The position numbers were made by a program, and so were the translations under genes. The notes under the pieces were generated by a model, which had not been told where the DNA came from, searched no databases, and saw only the letters and a program-made list of their open reading frames with translations. Below are positions 48,050-60,687 of a stretch of DNA of 64,000 nucleotides, in pieces (the first letter of the stretch is position 1; each line of letters begins with the position of its first letter). This DNA comes from Podarcis vaucheri (taxonomy: Eukaryota), in the NCBI GenBank assembly GCA_965113315.1, contig OZ220368.1. One strand, given 5' to 3'.

Positions 48050-51000
48050 TTAATAGAAACATAAAGCAAGTACTTTAAAACTTATTTTTTTTTAACCTGA
48101 CCTCTAAACCTCCATCTAACCTCTCCAATAAAGTTATCTTCCAGACTCTGGCAAGCCAGTCCTGCAATGTAAATCCCAGTTCAGTCTTCCATTTGGCTGC
48201 TGTTGCCAGTGTTGCCAATTTTCCTGGGGAAGGTTAACTATTTGTACTATATATTTCAGCTTGCTGAGTAGCTACTATAATCCGGGCTTCCCCAACCTAG
48301 GGCCCTCTAGATGTTGTGCCTGACAACTTCTACAAGAAAATAAAAAGAGCTTGCTGGGTCGAGCCAATGGCTAATTAAGTCCAGCATTCTGCTCTCACAG
48401 TTGCCAACCAGATGCCCATGGGCACAAGAGCACTCTCTCCTCCTGTGGCTTCCAGCAACTGGTATTCGGAAGCATTACTGCACCCAACTGTGGCCAAGTT
48501 GGTTGGAGCTGGTGGGAGTTGCAATGGAACCCATCTGGAGGGCCCCAGATTGGGGAAAGCTGTTAGGGATTATAACAGGCACCTCAAGCCTGGCACCCCA
48601 GGCAGCCACCATCCCTTAAATCCAAACCTGTGCCCATCAAAGCTAGATATGAGCACAGGTCGTGCAGCATACAGAAGTTTCTGGTTTCCGAAGTGCTTTG
48701 GGTGAGGGACTCTCACTAGACATGTTCTGCTCCTTTCACATTAGCACTGCCATTCTAAACTGATCTCATATTGAAATCTTTGATGTGGATGCACCTTAAA
48801 CATCCCTGAGCCTTTGTTGGAGGAAGCTTTGAGGAGAAATGCATTTCTAAAATGCTCTGATGGCGAGATACTAGGCCAGCTGAAAGAAATTCTGCACACC
48901 AAGGCTAGATAACACAGTCCATAAGTTAATTCGTTTTCATACTGCCGCCATACAGATGTACCCTGCAGCGCTGTTGCCGAGCCGTACAGGACTTTGCTGT
49001 GGCATAATCTCCATTAGGAAATGCCGCACAGATAGGAGAGTTGAGTTATGCTAATGTAAGATGGCTACTGGGATTTAAGGTGATAGGCAAGACATTAATA
49101 TTGCTGAGATGACAATCTCCTTGTGTATCCCAAATAACAGACCGGGGCTTTATCAATGAGCAACTTAGCATCCCTATGCAGTAGATCCACCATGTTACAT
49201 GACAGTTAATATTATATGGCTCCACTCCATAGATCTATGAGATTAATGCTCCCCAAGGAGAAACATCCAACATTCAGTCAAGTAAATATAGCTCCAATAG
49301 GGAAAGCGCATGAGATAAATCTGCTGTGATATCTGGTGCTTCATATTCTTGGCTCCGGGCTATTATAGAATGTACCTTTCCCCTCTGTAGTGCATTTCTT
49401 GTGTTAAATATCATGTAATCATGAAGAAATGTAATGAAACAATTAAACTATAAAGGAGAGATCGTGACACTATTGAAGACACTATTCAAAGAAGATGAGG
49501 AGACAAGCAGTATTTTCTTCAAAGAAGGATGAGTCCATAGATTAAAGAATCTGGGGGAGGTGGAGATGCAAGAAATCAAAGAGATTTGAATGTGTCATCC
49601 TTAAATGGTATGGGAGAAAGGACTGATGGGCCACATGTTATTATAAATAAGCTCCTTCTTGCAAAAGAGCTCTTTCTTTTTCGGCTTTCATAAGAAAATG
49701 GCACCGTTAACTGGTAGGAGGAGTAAAATGCACAGAATTGTGCACTGATACCAGATACTATTAATGGATGCAACTCATGGCCACAAAATGTTACCAAGAT
49801 AAACAGAATAATTGTAAAGAGTATGTATGTGTTCAGAATAGGTGCAGCTTTTCTGTAGCAGAAAGAAGAAGTGTTCTGTTCACCAACAGGAGAAGAAAAC
49901 TGTAAGGAGCCTTCTCTCCTTCAAAGACATATGTTAAATATGTTGAGTGGCTCTCAGTGGGGCTACACATCCTAGTAGTTCCATCCCACAGATGTATCCA
50001 TGAGATTCTGTGAAGGTCTGAATTAACATAAAAGGGTGGAATTCAATGTTGTGCTATGGTGAACATCCCAACAGTTCCAGCATGGCAGCTTGCCTGATCC
50101 CCTCATTCTTCTGATCCTCCTGAGACTCCTTAGGTGAACCCTGTCATGGGTCCACAACCATCACATGGATTGGGGATCTTTTTTTTTGCTGGAACAGGGT
50201 GATTGTATAAAGACTGTATATACAAATTGTAGGAGAGGAAATTAGAAACAGGTGGGACAGAACAGATCTTGGGTTATAGGAATGTGACCTTTTATGAAAC
50301 AAAATTAAGTCCATGTCCATTTGCTATGAGCATCACCTTTCCTTTTATGATGCTTTGTGTTTCTACTCTCCCTCCAGACATTCCCTTTCTTGGGAATCAG
50401 ACAGGCCCTTCCTGTCTCTGTCATAAATGGTTTGATTGGTTGCAGTACCTAATTAATAGGCCATGCAGGGCATGCTATGCAGATGTTGGTATTTGTTTTA
50501 GTGCTTTGCCGCAGCACAGAAAATCCAAAGCATGTAATTTTCATTATATGATATCAACATTTAATTCCAGCATTGGATGTGTCAAGCCTAATTATGTTCA
50601 AGGAGTCTTGACGGCTCTGGGGATAAATCAATATAAATAATGTGTTCATAAACTCTGAATCATGTTCTTAATAGTGTTATGCCCATAATTTTAATAGAAA
50701 AACCTAAGATTCTCTCTCTGTTTTCAGTTATTGTCATTTATATATCCTCTGTGCACTAAATAACATGTCCCTGGAGCACAGGGAACCCTACTATGGATTG
50801 CTGGAGGGGGGCGGGTGAGCAAATGCATCTGATATACATCTTACAATATTACTGACCAATAAACCAAACTGCATACTGCTGTACTAAGGAAAGAACATGA
50901 GGGGAGCAACGACAGAAAGGATGGGGCATGAGATGGAGAACCTGGGCAGTGCAGTCAATTTGAGTAGTTGTAAGAGGCAGTCGTGGAGGAAGGGGCTTCA

Positions 51001-51544
51001 GTACCTGGGGCAGTGGGGGCGTGGCACGCTGCATGTGTGAGCGTCCCAAGGGGGAGGTGCCCACCCGTGGCGATGTCACCCCCCCAGGCTGGCACCTGGG
51101 GTGGCCCGCTCTCTCCTCCTCCACCACTGGTAAGAGGGGTGTGTTTATGCGGGAGAAGAGAAGGAAGGGGGTAAAAGCTGTAGCCCTCGGTAAGTCATTC
51201 TACTCAACACCCCAATTACCATTGCTTGCATGTAGAGGAGCACAAATAAGCCCATCCCCTCCCTGTCATTAGCTTCATAGCCTTCTGTATATTGGGAACA
51301 GAACTTGTGAATCACCTTCTATGTGTTGCGGAAAGGAACTTATTCCAGGCTTCTAATTCACATGGGCAGCCTACACAAGTAGGCTGCAGAAGTTCCCTTT
51401 CTAGCTTGTGAAAAGCATTGAAGCTGGAAATGTAGATGCGATGGAAGGGGCTCAGTCAATGGGCTCATCCTCACTTTCCTCCCACCACCATGTGAGGCTT
51501 TAACACAGATGTCAGGCCGTGTGTAGGTAAGTTACGGAATTTAC

Positions 51545-51815
51545 TCCTACAAGGCATAGGGGTGGCCAGCAACATGGATGGCATTCAAAGAGAGTCGGAC
51601 AAATTCACAAAGGATGGAGCTATCAATGACTATATGAGGTCTATGCCCTCCTCCCACTGCTGAAGGCCAAATGCTTCTGAATATGAGGTGCTGGGAATCA
51701 CAGCTGGGTAGAGTGCTGTTGCTGTCATGTTCAGATGCCCCATTAGGCATCTGGTTGGTCACTATGAGAACAGGAGGCAGGCCTAGACAGGTCTTTGGCT
51801 CAGTGCTGAAGGGGG
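51545..51815 (+). mobile_element. CR1 LINE 3' fragment
   Basis: 'gtggccagcaacatggatggcattcaaagagagtcggacaaattc..gagctatcaatgacta' (ORF2 end) plus 3'UTR. Confidence 0.7.
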
Positions 51816-51963
51816 CTTGTGAGAGAACAATGGAGAACTGATAGAAAAGGCTGAGTAAGATGCAATTCTGGGGCAAAAAAGGGATAAGTGACGGGTGCAC
51901 AAATTGGTGGCATGTGTGTGTGCATGCCTATAAAGCAGAAAGATGAATCTTGCTCTAAGTATA

Positions 51964-52300
51964 AGAAGGGTAAAGGGACCCCTGACCATTAGGTCCAGTC
52001 GTGGCCGACTCTGGGGTTGCGGCGCTCATCTCGCTTTATTGGCCGAGGGAGCCAGCGTACAGCTTCCGGGTCATGTGGCCAGCATGACTCTGGCGAACCA
52101 GAGCAGCGCACGGAAACGCAGTTTACCTTCCCGCCAGAGCGGTACCTATTTAACTACTTGCACTTTGACGTGCTTTCAAACTGCTAGGTTGGCAGGACCA
52201 AGCAACGGGAGCTCACTCTGTCACGGAGATTCGAACCACCGGCCTTCTGATCAGCAAGCCCTAGGCTCTGTGGTTTAACCCACAGCGCCACCCACGTCCC
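51964..52300 (-). mobile_element. Sauria SINE, full length
   Basis: Head gggacgtgggtggcgctgtggg with B box ggttcgaatc and a 3' ccctttacc tail. 14-bp TSD ttgctctaagtata (51950-51963, 52301-52314). Confidence 0.95.
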
Positions 52301-52819
52301 TTGCTCTAAGTATAGCTGGCCACTATTCCTGGCAAGACAGGCAATGGCAAAGGGGAGAGAGCGGAAGCTAAAGGTAATTAATTTACATGCAGGTGGTGGG
52401 ATGCTTGCTTCTGCTGGCCTCCGGGAGGCTGTTGCTGGAGAACTGTGTGGAGTGTCAAAAGCAAGAAAAGGAAGGAGGTGTGAAGTGATTTATTAATTGC
52501 TGTGCTCATTTCTGAAGGAGGACTGAACTGGGAGCAGGCAGTACACAAATGGAAATCCCTTTGAAAGCTCTGAGCAGTTCTGCATTGCTAGGCTGCGAAC
52601 CTAGCGTGTATTTTCCGTTACTGGTGTGGGAAGTAAGAGGCAGCGTTTTCCTGCTGTCACTGCTAAGCAGCAATCAAGGAAAATGGGGGTGCATGTCTTT
52701 ACCTGAGGGAAAACAGAGGTCATAGTGGTTCTGCTAGCACTGCACAGTTATGCTGCTGTTAACTGAGTGACATGGGACACTGGCGCTAGCAGAGCAGTCT
52801 ATGGGACATTATATGAAGC

Positions 52820-53005
52820 TGGCAGAGATCTGAATCCAGAAAAACAATAACAAGAAACTCTCTGCATAGCCTTGGGCAAGTCTCTCTCTCTCATTCTCCT
52901 ATTTATAAGGTGAGAATATCAACAATCACACCATAGTGCTGCTGCGAGGATACACGAGATAATCACCATAAAGCATCTTGCAAAATTTAGACGTGCTAGA
53001 GAATT
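52820..53005 (+). mobile_element. Old MIR/CORE-SINE remnant
   Basis: 'ccttgggcaagtc..tctc..cctatttataaggtgagaata..gaggata..gagataat..taaagca' resembles the CORE domain. Confidence 0.55.
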
Positions 53006-53206
53006 TATTTGTCATAAAAGCATTTGCCATATGCAAAAAGGAATGTGTGAAGAGAGGCAGTAGCTGTGATTATCTTCCTCATCAGTTGCTGACTTTCATC
53101 TTACCAGAATGAAAGAGGAAGAGGGAGGGGATCGAGAGAACAAGGTCCATGCATTTGTTGGTCTGGAAGGGAAAATGATGGAGATAGACACTCTCTATCT
53201 CTACAA

Positions 53207-53568
53207 GGGTGGCGCTGTGGGTAAAACCTCAGCGCCTAGGGCTTGCTGATCACATGGTTGGCGGTTCGAATCCCTGCAGCGGGGTGAGCTCCCGTCTTTC
53301 GGTCCCAGCTCCTGCCCACCTAGCAGTTCGAAAGCACCCCTAAAGTGCAAGTAGATAAATAGGTACCGCTTTCTAGTGGGAAGATAAACGGCGTTTCCGT
53401 GTGCTGCGCTGGTGCCGGCTCACCAGAGCAGCTTCGTCACGCTGGCCACGTGACCCGGAAGTGTCTCCGGACAGCGCTGGCCCCCGGCCTCTTAAGTGAG
53501 ATGGGTGCACAACCCTAGAGTCGGACACGACTGGCCCGTATGGGCAGGGGTACCTTTACCTTTACCTT
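53207..53568 (+). mobile_element. Sauria SINE (second subfamily)
   Basis: A box tggcgctgtggg, B box ggttcgaatcc and (ACCTTT)n tail. 11-bp TSD tatctctacaa (53196-53206, 53569-53579). Confidence 0.95.
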
Positions 53569-56500
53569 TATCTCTACAACGTCTCTTTATGTTTTGCTTC
53601 TTTTGGGGACATTATACATTTAGGAAATGTGTCCAAGGAACCAATGAAAGCCGTGCCACTCAATAAGTATGTGTAAACTGACTCATGCCTGTTTGCTCAC
53701 AGCATTTTATTCATGAATCAATGGAAACTGAGTACTTGTTTTTCTACATACATAGTCTACACACAAACTATAGCTGTTTCTGTCACATGAGATGGAGCCT
53801 GCCCTAAACCACACTACTTTCCTTCAAAAAGTGTTTATTGCTTTTCAGGATAAGTACAAGATTTGTGTATGTAGGGATGTTTAGATGGGGACAAAAGGGG
53901 AAAAATGTTTATTTTAATCCATATGTTCAGTTCGGTCACCTCAAATGCTAATCTTTTGCATATCCTTCCAACCTAAAAGTTCATTTTGCCAAGTCTATTG
54001 TTGTACTGCTTTGCACCAGAATGAAGGGGGGGGGGGAATCAATCCCAAACTACTGGTGCGAAGCTAAATTCCCTGCTCATGCTGGTTACTCCAACAGTTT
54101 ACCACCACCTATAGCGGCTATGCTGGCCAATGTACTTTATGCACCACTTGCCAATACAGTATTTGCAGCTATGTTCTCACCTGCTTGATAAACTTCAGGA
54201 ATGTGCCTGTGCAAAGCCCGTTGTTGCACCCCAACACTGTCATATGTTCCTGCTCCCATCAGCAACCAGCAGAAATTGGGAAGCTCACACTGCCAGGGAT
54301 GCTGAAGGCCCTATGTCCAGGTTAACAGTGTTGGATGGAGCCTGAGGGTGTAAGGGTGTTACGAAAACAGCTTCCAAGTTCATGAAGCACAGTCCAAAAG
54401 ATGATGATGTGAACATTTTCATCAAAAAGTGGCACTCCTTCAGGTGTAGAGCATGTTTCAAGTTTACAACTGTTACTAAACTGCAGCCCACAGCAAAACA
54501 TTGTGGAACTATTTACCCGAATTATACAATTGAGAAGCATTTGAAACAATCCTACCACCGTGAAACCATTCTGACTGTCAACCTTGATTTTGACATCTGT
54601 GAAAACTGCAGTCTTCAGGAAAAGCAATATCCATGGCCAATGAAAAAATAGCAGACAAAGCTGGCATCCTTTTCCTGTACACAGATGCAGATGCAATGAA
54701 ACTGACTCTGACATGCATACTCATTTCCCACAAGAATAGTTGTGAGTAAAGGAGCACCTGCTTTTTTCCTTTTCCACTGAAGAATCAGTATGTAGGACCA
54801 AGATGAACTGGGCCACAGGTTCCCTATCCCTGGCATAGAATCAAAGAGACAGTAAAAGCAAGACAGCAGATGTGGTTTAATGGGATTTCCTCACAGGTTT
54901 GTATGCAAAACTGCTCACACCACACAGTCCAAGACCATCTCAAAACAAATTAAATGCTGATATGCTCAGAATAATTTGAAGGGCAGGGCACAATTCTGTC
55001 TTTCCTTTGTTTTGTACTGCTACGTAATGTATGTACTGTTTAAGTCGAATCCAACGTGAGTCAACAAATGCCTTTGAATAGTCATGTCAGGCGGCAGTGG
55101 CTCCAACCCCCACGGCAGGTAGCCAGGAATGGCTAAGACAAGGAAAAGTTCTTACCAACAGCTTTTTATCCAATATTCACAGAGAGAGGCTTGGAAATGT
55201 CGCCTCTTGGAATAAGGGCATTGCTTCGAGTGGGTCTCCACCCCCTCCCTCTCTCCCTTCGTGCATCATCACTACAGGTGCTGAGAAGTGCCCTCAGCCT
55301 TTGAGCTCTTTGCTTGCCGGGTTCTGGGAGGGGGTCTGGAATGCCTTCTAAAGACACTGTGTCCATCCTCTGTTGCCCCTCTGGTGCTTCTTCTTCTTCC
55401 TCCTCCTCTCCCATGATAATTCTGAACTGTCTTCTTCTCTGGAAGAGTCAGGCTGGGGAGGCAGTCTTCACCATTCCTTTTCTGCACAGTCCCTAACAAG
55501 TCAGTGGTGCTCCAACATTCCTCAGATGAAAATAAGGACATTCTGTTCTACATCACTATCACTGCTGGGGTGGGCTCTTTTTCTTTGCACGTTAAGATTT
55601 TTATTAAAGTCTTTCATGATACAGATACCCCCCCAAAGCCCAGCTAGCTCCAGTGCCAATCCTTGACCCCCATAACCTCCTTGCCCCCCTCAAACTCTAG
55701 CCTCCCTCAGGCCTGCCTGCACTCTGCCAGCTACACACTCCCCACCCCACACACCCTGGGGCCTGCTCCTGCTCAGGGTTTCCTCCAGCCGCCACCTTCT
55801 CTTATAAGCCTGACCTGGCTCACTTCCTCCTTCTCGTTTTTATTCAGCATGGCTGAAGGAGGAGAAGGAGAAGGCAACCTCAGTCAACAACTTCCTCTTC
55901 CCCCCACTTCCCCCATGTGAAGCCATTTCCTGTCAGCGTACATCAGCAAAGATGAGAATTTGGGACTCTGCATGACAAAGTGAGAAGCCTTAAGGTTTTT
56001 TTGTGTGTGACAGTCCTGGCAGTTGGAGACTATGCACCAGCAGCAGTGCTGGACTGGCTCAGCTGCTGTGTCCCCCACAGCTTTGGTCTCACTGCTGTCC
56101 TTTTCTACTTTGTCCAGGTAAGCAGCTGTGAAGCTGCTGTCAGGAGGGCAGCTCTACCACATTGCTCCTCCATGCTGGCTGCGGAAGCTGGTGAAAAGGC
56201 ACTTGTTGCCACCCACCATCATCTGAATATCTAAGGAAAGCATCAGGTCAAGGAATTCTGCCAAACTGTATGCCTGCTTCTGCGTGCGATGGCTGGGTGT
56301 GGAGTGCAGTCTAAGCTAGAACAGGTGGTATAATGGACTCCCACACCATTGCAATTCCTAACTAGCACTTCCCTATCTTATCTGCATTAAGATTTCGCTT
56401 GTTGCACACATTCCTGAACTGAGGCCAGATTACAACATGCTTTTTTTGTCACCTTGATTACATTTACTGACCTAAGAGCTAGAAACATAGTTTCTAAACA

Positions 56501-57996
56501 GAAACTAAGAGTTCAGACAGACTGCCCAACTGAGCAGTGAGCCTGCTATGGAGGTGCACTCAAAACTTTAGGGGTCTGTGTACCATCTTCTCTCCAGAAT
56601 CAAACTCAGAAGAAACTTCCTGAATCAAGCCCCCTCCCCTGCTTTGAAGAAAATGGATTTACTTTTTCAAAAATTCTGCAGTAAGTTGGAAAACTATGAA
56701 AATGGCAATTTTAGCACAACCCCTGCTCACTAGGAACAGGCCAAAATGCCAATTTCAGTTATTATTTTTCCCAATCTTCAGTCTCCACATCAGTTTTTTT
56801 TTTTTTAAAGTTCTTATGAAAATAAATCAGCATTTAAGTGTAAATTTCTCCTAATATATACATTTTTGCAAGCAGTTTTTCCTAATATAATGCAATTTTC
56901 AATTACTTACACATTTTCCTCTAGTAGTAGAGGCATTTTGTACATGTTACTCAGCTTACAGAATAGCATTGCAAAATTTGGAGAGGTGTTTTGGTTTGCA
57001 TATTGTTTTGCAGAGTGTGGATTATATAGCTTCCAATTTCTCCCCATCCGTGCTCTTCACTAAGGCACACCACGTACTCCTATAGCAAATTCATTTTTCC
57101 CCCATCTGCCTCTGGAGCCAAGGAAGGCTCTCGTGCACTAGAAATGATGACGGCTATTGGGAGATTAGAATGAAGCTGCTATTTGGAGTCTTGAGAAGGA
57201 AAGAGAAGCACCTGATTGAGTCAATAAGCATAAAGCAAATAAGTCTGATAAGCCAAGAGCACAAAAATGTCAGCAGCAAAAAAAGCAAACACTATCACAT
57301 TAGTTTTTTATTAGTTGCTGTGTCACGAGTGCAAGGCATTGGCAGAGTAATGAGAATGACTGTGAATTCCTCAGTAGCCTGACAAAAAGAGGGTGGGATG
57401 CTGCTAAAAGTGGGACTGATCCTCCAAAGTTAGCAGATGAAAGTAGAAAACGGGTCTCTCTTGGAACAGATGACAGGTCACATTCTCTTCTCCAATGCAG
57501 TGCTGAACTTTATTTTCCTTATTTCTATAGAACCAAGGGTGAACTACATGGAAGTTAATCCCTTTTTACTTTCAGAGCTCCACCTGTGAAATAAGACTGG
57601 AATGAAGGAGCATGGCAGTGTCGCCCTAGGGAACTGCATGGCTGAGCAGGAATCCTAGGCCTAACTTGACAGGCCTATTATGTTGCATTGGCTATGAATG
57701 TAACATTCATGCACTATCGTACTTCGCACCACCAACAGTGAGCAGTGTTTTTCTTCTGCAAGTAAGCACTAGCAGGAATAGGCTGAATAGGCAAGTGAAG
57801 CGGTGATGTGGACCTGCACTCAGAAGACCTGCCACTTTCAGAAATCTCATGCCTTTGACTGAATTCCTAAAAGCTGCGCATCGAATCCCTCAACATCTCC
57901 ATTAAATCCACAGCTATATCTGGCAGATTAGGATGTGGAAGAAATGTCCAGTTCTCATTTAAAGGAAAGGCTGTCAGATTCACATGCTCTGAAATT

Positions 57997-58217
57997 CAGT
58001 GGTACCTCTGTTTATGAATTTAATTCATTCCAGAGGTCCGTTCTTAACCTGAAACTGTTCTTAACCTTTTGTTAATGGGGCCTCTTGCTGCCGCCGCGCG
58101 ACTTCCGCTTGCATCCTGGGGCAAAGTTTGCTACCCAGAACACCTACTTCCGGGTTAGCGGAGCTCGTAACCCAAAGCGTTCGTAAGGAGGACGGTACAT
58201 AACCCAAGGTTCCATTG
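57997..58217. mobile_element. Tigger-like MITE nested in an AT-rich DNA-transposon remnant (about 57929-58600)
   Basis: cagtggtacctc...aggttccattg-TA; paralog of 37717-37955. Confidence 0.85.
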
Positions 58218-59697
58218 TACATGAATTGAAACACAGCTGTCTTTTGAAATTTGCTGTTGTCTGAATTTTGCAATTGGTTCTCCAAACGGTGTTTAGAAAA
58301 ATGCATACATTTAGAGAAAGTGTGCATAAGAATGAATATTTTAGTGGGGAAAATGCACACAAAAATGCATTATATTAAGGACAATTACTTGCAAATGTGT
58401 ACATTACTCGCAACTGCATACAAGTGTGTTTATTAGGAGAAATGTAACTAAAATTCTGGTGAATTTTCATCAACATTGGTTTTAAAAATAAATAATTCAC
58501 AAATTGTGAAATTGTGAATTGTGAAACGTGGAGAAATAAATTTAAGATGGGAAAAATAAGAAACCAAGAGAACCTAAATGAACAGATCCTTCCATCTCTT
58601 CTGGAAGGTCAGGATTAGCCTCCTACTGGCCTACTTTTCAGCTTCTCAGGGTAATTCCCAGTACTAATCACATCTCTCTCTCTCTTTTTACTTCCTTTTA
58701 CTTGTGTTTCACTTGTGCTTAGCCCTGAAAAGCAGCCCATTCTACTGTTGGACAGTCCCTCAACTGCCAGCCACTTCTGACCTTCCTGATTAGGTAGCAG
58801 AAAACCTTTCATATTTCCCCATGAATATTAGACTGTTCAGTAGAGATTGAAGTAGACCAGGAAACAGATTTATTTTCTTTTACTGCAGAGACTGTTGCCC
58901 CCATTTCCCCCATTTATTCTTCTGTAATAGAACTCAATTAATTTAATGCTTGGGCTTGACTGGATTTCTGTACTGCCCAGGGAGATACACTTCTTCACAA
59001 AGCTACCTAGACCACTTGAATTACGCTCCAGGATTTATGTTAATAGGAGATAAGGAAAGGGAGATGGATTGATGCTTGTCTGGCAGGAGACTGGCAATGC
59101 AGCTGATAGACCCCTTAATTCTGGTTAAATAAATTGCGAACCATGTGAAGCTCACTTGTCCTGGCTTAGGCCTCCTGGGCATGAGTGGTGGCAGATGTAA
59201 CAAAGTGGGGGATATGTTGCCAGTGGTCTGCCTGTAGTGGTTAGCACTGGGAAGTTGATTGCCTGCCATGGCTGGAAAAGCAATATGATGTTTTGGGAAA
59301 AGATTGTGCCCAGCATCCCATAACAATTCATGTGGTGCTATTTCTGTTGACAGTCCAGATTCAGCAATGCACAGGATCTGACAAATAGTAGCACACCTGC
59401 CTATTACTGTATTGACCTGACATTGCTGACAAGGGAAGGATTTCTGGAAAGCAGGCTAAATGGATAGGTATTTATCTAGCAATCTTTATATATCACACAA
59501 TCACAAAATAATCACAAAAACAGACTTTTATTTATAAACAGGATGGAATGATCTAAATGTGAATAACATCAATTTTTCAAATGCTGGCAAAAGCCAGGTA
59601 CAACTTATGCCCGTCCCCCAAAATGGGGCGTTCTGGGGACGTAGTGCCATGTGGTGAGATAGGACAAGGTAAGATTTACACCTATTCCAAATCCCTT

Positions 59698-59743
<46 letters not shown>

Positions 59744-60032
59744 TTTATTAAAAGTTTAAAAATTAAAGAGAGAAATAAGAAAGAAAGAGAAAAAATAAAC
59801 AATACAGATCAATACATTACAGTACATATAAAAAAAGCAAAAGACACATCTAAATAAAAACAAAACAATTAAAAACACATCCAATATTTCCATATTTTTA
59901 TCTTTCATTAACTTGTTTCATCGACCTCCTCACACCTCCCTTTTTGTGTTCTAGTTATTAATTATTTCAGCAAATCCTTTCCATCTTTCACTGTTTTCTG
60001 TCATTTAATTATCTTAATTTATTTTAACCTTA

Positions 60033-60397
60033 AAGGTAAAGGTAAAGGTACCCCTGCCCGAACGGGCCAGTCTTGCCAGACTCTGGGGTTTGTGCGCCCA
60101 TCTCACATCTATTGGCCGGGGGCCAGCGCTGTCCGCAGACACTTCCGGGTCACGTGGCCAGCGTGACAACGCTGCTCTGGCGAGCCAGAGCCGCACACGG
60201 AACGCCGTTTACCTTCCCGCTGGTAAGCGGTACCTATTTATCTACTTGCCCCCGGGGGTGCTTTCGAACTGCTAGGTTGGCAGGCGCTGGGACCGAGCAG
60301 CGGGAGCGCACCCCGCCGCGGGGATTCGAACCGCCGACCTTTCGATCGGCAAGCCCTAGGCGCTGAGGCTTTAGCCCACAGCGCCACCTGCGTCCCC
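60033..60397 (-). mobile_element. Young Sauria SINE nested in the L1-like 3'UTR
   Basis: CpGs are intact, with A and B boxes and an (ACCTTT)3 tail. 13-bp TSD tattttaacctta (60020-60032, 60398-60410). Confidence 0.95.
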
Positions 60398-60415
60398 TAT
60401 TTTAACCTTATCTTA

Positions 60416-60534
60416 AGAAATGTTATAAGGAGTTAAGTATAAATAAGTTTCAGGGTTTTAATGGTAAGATTTTAACCTTATCTTACCATTAAAACCCTGA
60501 AACTTATTTATACTTAACTCCTTATAACATTTCT
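60416..60534. repeat. Perfect 55-bp inverted repeat with 9-nt loop
   Basis: 60416-60470 is the exact reverse complement of 60480-60534. Confidence 0.97.
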
Positions 60535-60567
60535 ACTAAAGCCGTATAATTTCATTCCAACATTTTT

Positions 60568-60687
60568 CTAACACTCATTAGTTTTACAATATTTCTCTAA
60601 ATAAACTTTTTTCCAATCTTCCTCCACCGTCTCTTCTCCCTGGTCTCGGATTCTGTCAGTCCTTTCTATCAATTCCATATAGTCCAT
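60568..60687 (-). pseudogene. 39-aa remnant of the L1 ORF2 C-terminus (MDYMELIERTDRIRDQGEETVEEDWKKVYLEKYCKTNEC*)
   Basis: Manual translation. It resembles squamate L1 ORF2 ends (MDYxELAxMTxRIRxQxxExxEEDWKKF). Its ATG overlaps the upstream TGA. Confidence 0.65.

Noticed and set aside
54322-54714. Overlapping 130-aa and 89-aa ORFs with Cys/His residues
   Set aside because: There is no zinc-finger spacing or other recognisable family, and no convincing splice or promoter context.
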